Source: Malacoraja senta
Lineage: Eukaryota
Length of the DNA stretch: 64,000 bases
Direction of reading: 5' to 3'
NCBI GenBank assembly: GCA_038087875.1
Contig: JAXLNO010000438.1
Span: forward strand, 682,001 to 746,000
Shown here: in pieces, positions 48,911 through 60,048 of the stretch
How the letters are laid out: each line of letters begins with the position of its first letter
Position numbering within the stretch: the stretch's first letter is position 1
Made by a program: the position numbers and the translations under genes
Notes under the pieces: model-generated
What the model was told of the DNA's origin: nothing
The model's input: only the letters and a program-made list of their open reading frames with translations
Databases searched by the model: none

Positions 48911-49747
48911 AATGTGCGTGTCCCAATATGAGTAGTGTTCTCTCTATGAGTAGAGCCATCTGTAGATTAAAGTTCTAGAGTTTAAACTGACAACCCACAC
49001 ATACTGATAGAGATTGGGCATTTTTGTGGGAGGAATGGGGAGAGGTTTTTATACTTGGCTCTCAATGAAAGAGCAAAATATAATAGCTCATTACAATATG
49101 GTCCAAAATGAGATTACTACCAATCTGCTGAGTTGATTGAATAATCCTGTTGGCCTATGGTTTACGTGAAGGAAACATTCCTATCTTCTCATCTGTTCAT
49201 AATTTCTGGTTGTGTTGCAACAGGGCTGCTCTTTTTGAGTGGCCCTCAATTATGTGTGCATACCATTATTTGTCGAATTCTGAAGTACTCTTTACAGATT
49301 TTAGTGTGATCTAAATCATGGTGCCACAATCTCTTTGCCCTTGAACATCTGCAAATACAAAAGGTGTCTTGTATATCATGCTTGCATTATTATTTTTTTT
49401 ATTGTCAGTATTTGTGATGGTTTTCGTTTTATCAAAAAACATGTCATTTCGTTGTTAAAAAGAAACCAGGCAAGTACACCAATGTTTAGTATATATAATA
49501 AATTGCAACTAAATTGCTAAAAAGTAATAATAGCTGCAGAATACAATATAAAATGCTATTTTACAAATAAGGAGTCTGAATAATTTAATCTTGGATGCTG
49601 ATCTAACATTTATATATTCAGAGGAGATCTCTTTATTTTAAAAAGCAATATGATAAATACATCTTAAATGGGAAGCAAATAATTTTTTGACAATTCAAAA
49701 TCCATATCAAAACTCTATCAAGCGTGAAATATCTTTAGTTGAACGTA

Positions 49748-49882
49748 GGGGTGGGAGATTGCAACCTTCACGTGGTCCACCCTGTTTCGATTAATGCAAT
49801 CAACCCGACGTGCACAAACAAGATCAAATAAAACAAGTTGACCTACAACCTTTGTATGGCGCGCACAGCCTAAAGAAGAAGA
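49748..49882 (+). mobile_element. Short retroposon (~135 bp) with (AAG)n tail, RTE-tail-like
   Basis: Perfect 11-bp TSD AGTTGAACGTA at 49737-49747 and 49883-49893. Confidence 0.8.
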
Positions 49883-49926
49883 AGTTGAACGTAAGAATGT
49901 CATTTGTCAGCTTACGCAATGTAATG

Positions 49927-51542
49927 CAGGCCCTCCATAATGTTTGTGACAAAGACCCATCATTTATTTATTTGCCTCTATACTCCACAATTTGAGATTT
50001 GTAATAGAAAAAATCACATGTGGTTAAAGTGCACATTGTCAGATTTTATTAAAGGCCATTTTTATACATTTTGGTTTCACCAATTACAGCTGTGTTTATT
50101 TCAGGGCACCATACTGTTTGGGTCACATGGCTTCACAGGCGTTTGTAATTGCTCAGGAGTGTTTAATTTCCCCCTTAATGCAGGTATAAGAGAGCTCTCA
50201 GCACCTAGTCTGTCCTCCAGTCTTTCTATCACCTTTGGAAACTTTTATTGCTGTTTATCAACATGAGGACCAAAATTGTGCCAATGAAAGTCAAAGAAGC
50301 CATTATGAGACTGAGAAACAAGAATAAAACTGTTAATCAGCCTAACCTTAGGCTTACCAAAATCAACTGTTTGGAACATCATTAAGAAGAAGAGAGCACT
50401 GGTGAGCTTACTAATCGCAAAGAGACTAGCAGGCCAAGGAAGACCTCCACAGCTGATGACAGAGAATTCTCTCTACAATAAAGAAAAATCTCCAAACACA
50501 TGTCCGACAGATCAGAAACACTCTTCAGGAGTCAGGTGTGGATTTGTCAATGACCACTGACCGCAGAAGACTTCATGAACAGAAATACAGAGGCTACACT
50601 GCAAGATGCAAACCACTGGTTAGCTGCAAAAATAGGATGGCTAGGTTACGGTTTGCCAAAAAGTACTTAAAAGAGCAATCACAGTTCTGGAAAAAAGGTC
50701 TTGTGGACAGATGAGACGAAGATTAACTTATATCAGAGTCATGGTAAGAGCAGTATGGAGGAGAGAAGTGCCCAAGATCCAAAGCATACCACCTCATCTG
50801 TGAAACACGGTGGTTGAGGTGTTATGGCCTGCGCATGTATGGCCACTGAAGGTACTGGCTCACTTATCTTCATTGATGATACACCTGCTGTTGGTAGTGG
50901 CATAATGAATTCTGAAGTGTATAGACACATCCTATCTGCTTAAGTTCAAACAAATGCCTCAAAACTCATTGGCCGGCAGTTCATTCTACAGCAAGACAAT
51001 GATTCCAAACATACTGTTAAAGCAACAAAGGAGTTTTTCAAAGCTAAAAAATAGTCAATTCTTGAATGGCCAAGTCAATCACCCGATCTGAATCCAATTG
51101 AGCATGCCTTTTATATGGTGAAGAGAAAACTGAAGGTGACTAGCCCCCAAAACAAGCATAAGCTAAAGTTGGCTGCAATACAGGCCTGGCAGAGCATCAC
51201 CAGAGAAGACACCCAGCAACTGGTGATGTCCATGAATCGCAGACTTCAAGCAGTCATTGCATGCCAAGGATATGCAACAAAATACTAAACATGACTACTT
51301 TCATTTACATGACATTGCTGTGTCCCAAACATTATGGTGCCCTGAAATGGGGAGACTATGCATAAACACTGCTGTAAATTCTACATGGTGAAACCAAAAT
51401 ATATAAAAATGGCCTTTATTAAAATCTGACAATGTGCACTTTAACCACAAGTGTTTTTTGTTCTATTACAAATCTCAAATTGTGGAGTACAGAGGCAAAT
51501 AAATAAAAGATGTCTTTGTCCCAAACATTATGGAGGGCACTG
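49927..51542 (+). mobile_element. Tc1/mariner transposon with long IR/DR-type TIRs, defective
   Basis: TIRs CAG(T)GCCCTCCATAATGTTTG... / ...CAAACATTATGGAGGGCACTG, each over 150 bp; TA on the right flank and TG on the left. Confidence 0.95.
50263..51288 (+). pseudogene. Tc1 DD34E-type transposase, disrupted
   Basis: MRTKIVPMKVKEAIMRL..., WTDETK, QQDNDSKH, WPSQSPDLNPIEH, GYATKY-stop; frameshifts and stops. Confidence 0.93.
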
Positions 51543-51859
51543 TACATTGTTTAAGAAATTGGCTATAATGGTTGTTCATGCTTCCCTTGCACAAGCCAGA
51601 GCTGGCCATCAGTGAAATCAATATAAGCCTTTAAATACACCAGTACTCTCAAATTGATTCCAATCAGCCATCTCGCCCCATGTACAGTATCATGCAAACA
51701 TGACATGCCACTGCAGAAAGACCACTCATCCATTCCACAGCCTATTATAAGATATTCTTCAATGTCCAAGGCTTCCTCATGTTTGTTGATGATTCATTGG
51801 GAGTTTGGTGAAGATAACTGTGGTAATTGCTTTAGATAGTATAGCTGGGATTGAGATTG

Positions 51860-52373
51860 AAATTGGAGGAACAGCATCTCATATTTCGCTTTGGCAGTTT
51901 GCAGCCCAGTGTTATGAATATTGATTTCTCTCACTTCAGGTAGCCCTGGCATTCCTTCTCTCATTATCCCTCCCCCAACCTAGTCACACTTCCTTCATAT
52001 TTTCACCCTACAAACAGCTTACAATGGCCTGTTTCCTTTTGCATTGTTACTTTTTTGCATATCTTTCATTCATTGTTCTTTATCTCTCCACATCACCGTC
52101 TATATTTCTCGTATCCCTTATCCCTAACCAGTCTGAAGAAGGGTCTCAACCCGAAACATCACCCATTCCTTCTCTCCAGAGGTGCTACCTGTCCCGGTGA
52201 ATTACTCCCGGTGAGTTTTGTGTCTATCTTTGAGATTATATCAGTCTGAAGAAGGGTCTCAACCAGAAACATCACCCATTCCATCTCTCCGGAGATGCTG
52301 CCTGTTCCGCTGAGTTACTCCAGCATTTTGTGTTTAACTTTGGTGTAAACCAGCATCTGCAGTTCCTTCCTAC
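51860..52373 (+). mobile_element. Penelope-like element 3' end: GIY-YIG ORF tail plus tandem pseudo-LTR with two hammerhead motifs
   Basis: 51863-51943 translates LEEQHLIFRFGSLQPSVMNIDFSHFR-stop. The unit GTCTGAAGAAGGGTCTCAACC.GAAACATCACCCATTCC repeats at 52131 and 52244. Confidence 0.82.
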
Positions 52374-52375
52374 AG

Positions 52376-52977
52376 TCGTCTGTCTTTTTTTAAATTTTTG
52401 TCTTGTTAAATGTATGTCTTGAGCTAGTTTTTTTTTTTTTTTAGCTGTGTATATGTGGGGGGTGGGTGGGGGGGGGGTGCTGTGGGGGAAACCGTTTAAT
52501 CTCTTCCCTGTGCGGGGACCCTACTTTTTCCCTGTCGGTTTTCCGATGTCGTTGGGCCTAACATCGAGGAGCCGGCGGCAGCCTCCGGCCGGGGACTAAT
52601 CTGAGGGCTCCAGTCGCGGAGCCTGCGGAACTGACCGCGTAGCTGGCCGTCTTCGGAGCGGGAAGAGCTGTGCTGTCGCACGGCTGCGACCCGACTTTGG
52701 TGCTTCGGAGGCTCCGGCCGCGGGCCTGGTGGACAGTAACATCGGGAGCTCGCAGGTCCCTGGTGTGAGACCGTTTTTCCGTGCTCCGCAACGGCAACTT
52801 CTCCCGCTGGAATCACGGGGTTTAAAGGACACGGAGCCGGGGCCTAACATCGCCCGGCGCGGTTTAAACGGTCACAGGTTTTTTTGTAATGTAAAAACTG
52901 TAGGAAACAAAATTTCGTTCAAACCAAGTTGTTTGAATGACAATAAAAGGCATTCTATCTATTCTATCATTCTATCT
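52376..52977 (+). mobile_element. GC-rich non-autonomous retroposon related to 26900-27800
   Basis: T-run, G-run, then ACTTTTTCC.TGTCG; repeated (CCT)AACATCG; 3' end GACAATAAA followed by (TTCTA)n. Confidence 0.55.
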
Positions 52978-53723
52978 ACACATTGAGATTATATCGAATG
53001 TAGTAGTGCCTTTACCCATATCCACTTCCTGTTGGTAACTTGGTAAATGTTCTTTGTAATCAAGCAGTAAAAAAGGAAGGAAGCAGGCTGGCAGCTGTGC
53101 CTGCAGAGAATCTACTTACGAGGTGCTGACTGAGGTCTGAAACCACAAGGTTAGATGATTCCATTTCATAGATGTAAGTTGGACTGCATTTTAAAAACAG
53201 GACCTCATCATACAGCAACTATTTTGCTGCAAAATTAGCACAAGTGGCAAGGTATGTATCTACCTTGGCGTTTCACTTTAAATTCTTCCTTGTAGCGTAG
53301 GCTGATAGTTATTGAGATTTATTGAGCTGTGAGAGTATGTTAGGAGGGCTGGTCATGGATTGCATAGGAATGTATGTGACTTAATTATTCAGTATTTTCA
53401 AACATTTAATGATAATATATTGCAATTTGTACAACAGGAAATTGTAATAAGTGAGCAATAATATGATTGCTGTACGTTTATGATGCTATGATGTTATGAT
53501 TTATAGATGCTAACATTAATCATGATTAATTGCTCTTGAGGAAGTGGTGGGAAAATGCCGCCGTGAATCCTGGCATTCCATGTGGCCAGGGCACACCCAC
53601 ACATTTGAAGTACCAGCAAGTAGTATATATAGTACATACAATGTACACTGTGTATACTATTACTCAGAGTGTTACTTGCAAGAATTCAACATGATTACAG
53701 TAAAGTACAGCATAGTACAGTAA

Positions 53724-53914
53724 AGGAGATCCTTCTCCCCTGTGGCTATCAAACTGTACAACTCCTCCCCCTTCTGTCATGTGGTAGACTGACTTCAATC
53801 CCCCCCCACCCCTCCCCAATCCTTTCCACTCACTTTAATTTCATGTTTCATGTATCTTGTGTTTTATGACTGTTGGCAGTTCAATTTCCCTCCTGGGATA
53901 AATAAAGTTCTATC
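53724..53914 (+). mobile_element. Rex1/Babar LINE 3' end fragment
   Basis: RSFSPVAIKLYNSS-like ORF tail, then AATTTCCCTCCTGGGATAAATAAAG (stem-loop plus AATAAA). Confidence 0.65.
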
Positions 53915-54518
53915 CAGAGATTTGCCTCACGGAAAGATAATTCAGTAAACTAACTGATTGTTGATCTGAACCCAGGTGAAGGTGCCCATTAATAGAAGAT
54001 CTCATTACAGAAGACAAAGCCAATATTGAGGACCAGTCCTTCCTGACTGTATCAACATTGCGCCGCCAACTCTAGGCAACCTGTCCTGCCTATTTGATAC
54101 CCAAGGTCATGATGGAGGTGTCTGTGATGTTGCCTGAATGATTTAATCTGGGAATATGATTAATCCTCATGTTGGTTGACAAGTTGATAGGCTAGCTCTC
54201 CAAATTTGGACATGCTCATCGATATTCTCAATAAGGATGTTGCAGGATTAACTGGGCTGGGATTGACTTGGTTTTGTCTAAATCGGATGCCCTGATCATC
54301 GCTGAGTGCTCCAATGCAATGTATTCACTTATATAGCAGTCTGTTGCATGAGTGGTTGCCAGGCCATTTCAGAGGGTAGTCAAGGCTCAACCATTCTGCG
54401 ATGATCCAGAGACCATGTAATGCAGATTTGTCTCACGGAAATATAATTCAGTAAACTAACTAGATATTTATGGCAATATCATAATTACACAATGACCATA
54501 ATTAGCAGGAGCTTTTGT

Positions 54519-54718
54519 NNNNNNNNNNNNNNNNNNNNNNNNNNNNNNNNNNNNNNNNNNNNNNNNNNNNNNNNNNNNNNNNNNNNNNNNNNNNNNNNNN
54601 NNNNNNNNNNNNNNNNNNNNNNNNNNNNNNNNNNNNNNNNNNNNNNNNNNNNNNNNNNNNNNNNNNNNNNNNNNNNNNNNNNNNNNNNNNNNNNNNNNNN
54701 NNNNNNNNNNNNNNNNNN
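54519..54718. other. Assembly gap (200 N)
   Basis: Run of N characters. Confidence 1.
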
Positions 54719-55135
54719 ACTGACCATGGGTGATGCATCCTAGTTTGCAGGTGATCTGTGGTCGGATGCAAGCCTGGGCGATGTCATATGGAGGACAGGC
54801 TGTTGCCCATGCAGCACATCCCTCCTCTCCACGTTGCTGATCGATCCAAAGGACCAGCAGGGCCGTTACAGTTTGGCACCAGCGCCGTCACAGAAGCTGC
54901 CAGAACGAGGTTGTAGACAACGACGAACTGCCTTAGGGCCTCCGACTCTGGATTTTCTTGGTTTACTCTAGGAGCCTTTTCCATGACTGGATATGGCCAC
55001 AAGGCAGTGGAGGTTTTAAATCAGAGTTTTCCTTCTCCTAGATGGACTGCCTTCCCAGGCTGACAAGCCCCATCTGCCCGACTCATGTGGGGCGGGAGCG
55101 TCTACCTTCCCGGGCAGGTCTATAGCATCTGCCCA
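54719..55135 (-). mobile_element. RTE-clade LINE 5' region, running into the gap
   Basis: The minus strand contains GGCAGTCCATCTAGGAGAAGGAAAACTCTGATTTAAAACC, resembling the conserved RTE 5'-UTR motif (recalled, not searched). Confidence 0.55.
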
Positions 55136-55189
55136 CTGCCCTCAGTCACTTCTATACTTCGAAAATAATTGGATGTTTTCCTGAAAGTC

Positions 55190-55933
55190 CAGTTTTGTTT
55201 TGGTTTCTTTCGGGTGTTTATGGAACACCCACCAGAATGTTTATCAACAACGACAGAAGCAAACTGAAGAGGTCCTGTTTGTCCAATTAGCAGATTTGGC
55301 AGTCTGCCAAGACCTGTTTAATTCATGGAGCCAGATGAAGCAGGTAAGGCAGGCGAAGGAGCGCCACCAGAGGGAGCCACGGAATCTTCAACAAGTAAGC
55401 CAGGTGAAGAAGAGCCGGAACAGAGACGGTCTAGCCAACAAACAAAGAAGCCCACCGAAAAGGCCCGAGTTGCATTTCTGGAGAAATGCCAGAAGGATAA
55501 AGACAAGTTTTGGAAGAAGATGGTCCAGATTTTTGAATTCCAGAAGGAACTAATGGGATAAGATGAGAATGTGAAGACAGTAGGGTCTAATCTGGGGCAA
55601 CTCCTTAATTATGCCTGTAATTATGTGGGTGGGATTTATACATAGTCTGAGGCGTGTTTGCGGCTGGGATTCTCGCGCAGAAGCCCTATTAGTTTAGTTG
55701 TTTGAATACCATGGGGGAGAGGTCACAACATTCGACCATGCATGTATTTGACCACGAGTAAGATCAAAATGTACTTATACAAGAAGAAGTTTGGATATCT
55801 TACTGTTTTTACTACTACAATAAAGAAACTATTAATTAAGAGACTGTGTTTGGAAGATTTAACTTTTGACGGCATTGAATGTCTAGTGGAGAGCTCGTGA
55901 GTGCGTTTCAATTATCTCCTGAACCCGTCTTCA
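55190..55933 (+). mobile_element. Probable LTR-retrotransposon remnant (BEL/Pao-like): gag N-terminus fused to a single LTR at ~55570-55933
   Basis: ORF 55325-55561 contains RRSSQQTKKPTEKA. A purine-rich tract precedes TGTGAAGAC...AATAAA...GTCTTCA inverted termini. Confidence 0.45.
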
Positions 55934-56009
55934 ATCATAGTGACTAAAGGACGAATCCTTGAAATGATATGAAAATCTGTCATTATATTGTTGAAGCATT
56001 CTGTCCAAA

Positions 56010-56098
56010 AGTCTGAAGAAGGGTCTCGACACAAAACTTCATCCATTCCTTCTCTGCAGAGATGCTGCCTGTCCCGCTGAGTTACTCCAGCTTTTTGT
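56010..56098 (+). mobile_element. Penelope-derived short element
   Basis: GTCTGAAGAAGGGTCTCGAC...GCTGAGTTACTCCAGC. Confidence 0.7.
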
Positions 56099-56544
56099 TC
56101 TGCTTGTTAGGGGAATATTTTTCTCCTATGCTACCTCAATTCTATGTGCCTTACCTATTGACTCCTTGTTAAGGAAAAAGTATTTTCTATTCAGTCTGAA
56201 CAGGATTTCCATAATTTAAATTTCGAGTATTTTTTAGAGTAAATAAAGAGGAAAGGTTTCCAGTGGCAAAAGGGCAAGTAGCTACGGCACCCAGATATAA
56301 ACTGATTGGCAAAATAACTCAAAGTGGCATGCAGGGACATGCTATTAGGACATCTAGTTGTTCTGATAAGCAAAGGAACAACATTTAGAATCAACCTTCA
56401 AGAGAATTTGATAATTGTAAAGAAAAAGAGTGAAAAATGCTGTATTATGGGAAAAGAACAGAGATGGAATTGAATATCTCTCCCAGACACAAGCCAAAAT
56501 AGTTTCCTTCTGTGCTACATAATTATGTGAATCTCTCATTCTCA

Positions 56545-57221
56545 TGAAAGTAAGCATGCAGGTACAGCAGGCAGTGAAGAAAGCGAATGGCATGTTGGCC
56601 TTCATAACAAGAGGAGTTGAGTATAGGAGCAAAGAGGTCCTTCTGCAGTTGTACAGGGCCCTAGTGAGACCACACCTGGAGTACTGTGTGCAGTTTTGGT
56701 CCCCTAATTAGAGGAAGGATATTCTTGCTATTAAGGGAGTGCAGCGTAGGTTAATTCCCGGGTTGGCGGGACTGTCATATGCTGAAAGAATGGAGCGGCT
56801 GGGCTTGTATACTCTGGAATTTAGGACGAGAGGGGATCTTATTGAAACATATAAGATTATTAAGGGTATGGACAAGCTAGACGCAGGAAACATGTACCCG
56901 ATGTTGGGGGAGTCCAGAACCAGGGGCCACAGTTTAAGAATAAGGGGTAAGCCATTTAGAACGGAGATGAGGAAACACTTTTTCACACAGAGAGCTGTGA
57001 GGGTGGAATTCTCTGCCTCAGAGGGCAGTGGAGGCTGCTTCTCTTGATATTTTCAAGAGAGAGCTAGATAGGTCTCTTAAAGATAGTGGAGTCAGGGGAT
57101 ATGGGGAGAAGGCAGGAATGGGGTACTGATTGAGGATGATCAGCCATGATCACATTGAATGGCGGTGCTGGCTCGAAGGGCCGAATGGCCTACTCCTGCA
57201 CCAATTGTCTATTGTCTATTC
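56545..57221 (+). mobile_element. CR1 3' fragment related to 12666-14967
   Basis: Collinear with 14270-14945; (ATTGTCT)n tail. Confidence 0.92.
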
Positions 57222-58454
57222 TAAAATGAGCAAATTCATTGTATTAGGCTTTCTTTGTAGAGAATGCTTTGCCAAATGTATAATCATGTCCAAAGCAAAA
57301 CAATTACTAATAATATAAATTTGAGAGTTTCCCCTAACAAAACCATGAACACTAATTCTTAGATCTATCCACAGTTCAGATAACAATGAAGAGATAATTA
57401 ACTGTGAGCATATTCCAAAATAATTCATCCAAAACTGTTTAACTAGTTAGCTTTGGAGTTCATAAGGTCATTAGGAATAGGAGTAAAATTAAGCCATTCA
57501 GCCCATCATGTCTTCTCTGTAATTCATTCATTGCTGATCTATCTCTCCCTCCTAACCCCACTCTCCTGCCTCCCTCCCCCCCCCCCCCCATAACCTCTGA
57601 CACCTCTACTAATCAAGAATTGGTTGTACTGTATGTTGGTGTATTAGCCAACATAAAGCCATCGATTGAACAGATTAATATATCATTGGCAAATTGGTGC
57701 ATGAATGCTGGAAACAGTTTGAGAAGATATGCAGGCAATTTCCAGCACAGCTCCTTACAATTCCCCGCTTGCGTGCCAGCTTGATTGGTATGCTTATGCA
57801 TGTGTGAATACAGAAATCCCAAAATTGTTGACAGCTGCGCATTTCTAGATTCCATTGCCGGAATCTTTCTACATGGAACCACAAGTAGCAAAAATATCTT
57901 CCCACTTACAATGGGGAAACAGCTTGAGCAACAAGCAGTGGGTTAGACCTGATACAGGGAATTCTTTTCAACTAACAGGAAAAAGTGAGTATAAAGGACA
58001 GAGATTGACTATGTGTTTAATTGTTTGAGTTTATTTAAATGCTTTTAACTGTTGCTGTTTTCAATAGATTTTTTAAAGTTTTAATTGTTTCACTGTTTTC
58101 AAAATGTCTTAAGTGTTTTTGAATTTTCAGAATATTAGCGATATGCCAAATTCTTGACAGCTGTCTAAACCAGACCTGCCCCATAGCTGGCTGCCAAGGA
58201 TATTTTCAACAGTTTTGTGGTGGAACAAGTTATGCCATTTATGTCAAAACACATTTGATGAGGGTGAATGTATGAGATAAAAGCTCATGGCATTAGAGAA
58301 AATATATTACATTGATATGGAATTGCCAGTACTGGAAGACAGAGAGGCATGTTCAAGCTGGCAAAATGTATTCAGTGGGAAGCCATATGAATGTGTGCTA
58401 GAGCTTCAACCCAAGACTTAAACGAAGGGGTCAAGCCCACAGTGGTCACATTGT

Positions 58455-58757
58455 TTTTATTTTTGTTTAAAGTTACAGTGCGGAAACAGGCCCTTCGGCC
58501 TACCGAGTAAACACCGACTTGCGATCCCCGCACACTAACATTACCCTACACACACAAGGGACAATTTACACTGATACCAAGCCAATTAACCTACAAACCT
58601 CTACGTCTTTGGAGTGTGGGAGGAAACCGAAGATTTCTGAGAAAACCCACGCAGTCACGGGGAGAATGTACAAACATTCCGTACAGACAAGCACCCAGTC
58701 GGGATCGAACCCGGGTCTCTGGCGCTGTAATGCAGTGACTCTACCACTACGCCACCG
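58455..58757 (-). mobile_element. V-SINE (HE1-like)
   Basis: Reverse complement of the 11407 family. Confidence 0.82.
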
Positions 58758-60048
58758 TCCAGTCCCACATTTGCCAATGATATTTGCTGCCAGTGTTTTA
58801 TGCTCTCATTTTGTCTTTTATCTATGTTTTTTTAACTTCCTGTGAATTTAACAGATTCTCACCACAATAAACAAACTTTTTAGCAACTATCTCAATCCAC
58901 TTTTCCTGCTCTGTGGTACTCCCTATATTTTGATAGGTAAGAGTTGTTAGAATTCGACCAAGTCTTCAAGTAGATATAGAGGCTAAATTAGTGGGGGAAA
59001 ATGGCGGATACTAAGCAAGATATCGTATAAGTAGAGAGAGACTACATAGTACTGTTGTTCAGAAGAGTCTAGAAAGTATAAAGTTAATATGCAGGTGAAA
59101 TAAGTAATTACAATGACGGAATGTTGGCTTTTTATTGCAAGGAGAAGGGAATCAAGAAGTAGGGAAGGGAGACTGTACCTGGACTATTGCATTACCACAT
59201 CAGCAAGCGAATGTGATAAACTTTTTAAATTATTGCCAGAGATGATAGATTGTGTCAAAACTGCATTCCTGCATTGCAAAAATATGGATTAATTCACCAA
59301 TCTGTCATTTCCATTTTGAATTAGTGCTTAGTTGAAACATAAATTGGTGATGGATTTCCTGCACTTTAGCACTCAGGCCTTGATCTGCATTCTATTTAAT
59401 CACTAAGATTGCTGTAATGCGAGCAAAAATGGTTTCCTGAGATTTGACTACATTTTATTTCACAGCACACATTGGAAAGTCGATAAGATTCTAAAATGAA
59501 CTTTGCTGACTATTACTGTACTGTTCTTCACAGACATGCAGATGAATCTGGCCTTGGCACAGCCCCATAATCTGATTATTGGACTGTTGTGCCAGGCATA
59601 AAAAACATATTCAGACAGTTTGACCTTGGGAGGCCTAACTGGTGTTGACAGATTTGAAGAAAATAACTTTAACAAGTGCAAAGGCTATGGTATTGTGAAT
59701 AATCCATTTTTTAATGGAGGCAAGAGGCAGCTTTGGTTAATTGCCAGTCAAAGAGTAATGTATAGATTCACAGCCAAATTGATCAATCCATTATTGTACT
59801 GAATGTGAGGGTATCACTGCATATAACCATTTAAATATTCTTGCTTGTGAATTAATTTATAATAAGATGAATATCTTAAGATTATTGCACAGGAACAGAC
59901 ACATGCATACTTCTGGAGTTAGGAGGGAGAGCAATACCATCAAATGTCTATTTGCAATGTTGAACTGGAGGTAAACGCATGAAATTCTGTCATACTTTTA
60001 GGCATGGCATTTTATTCTGTTTTCAAAGTCTTGAGTTTAAGACGATTT

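Noticed and set aside
54485..54771. ORFs spanning the N run
   Set aside because: Artefacts of the assembly gap.
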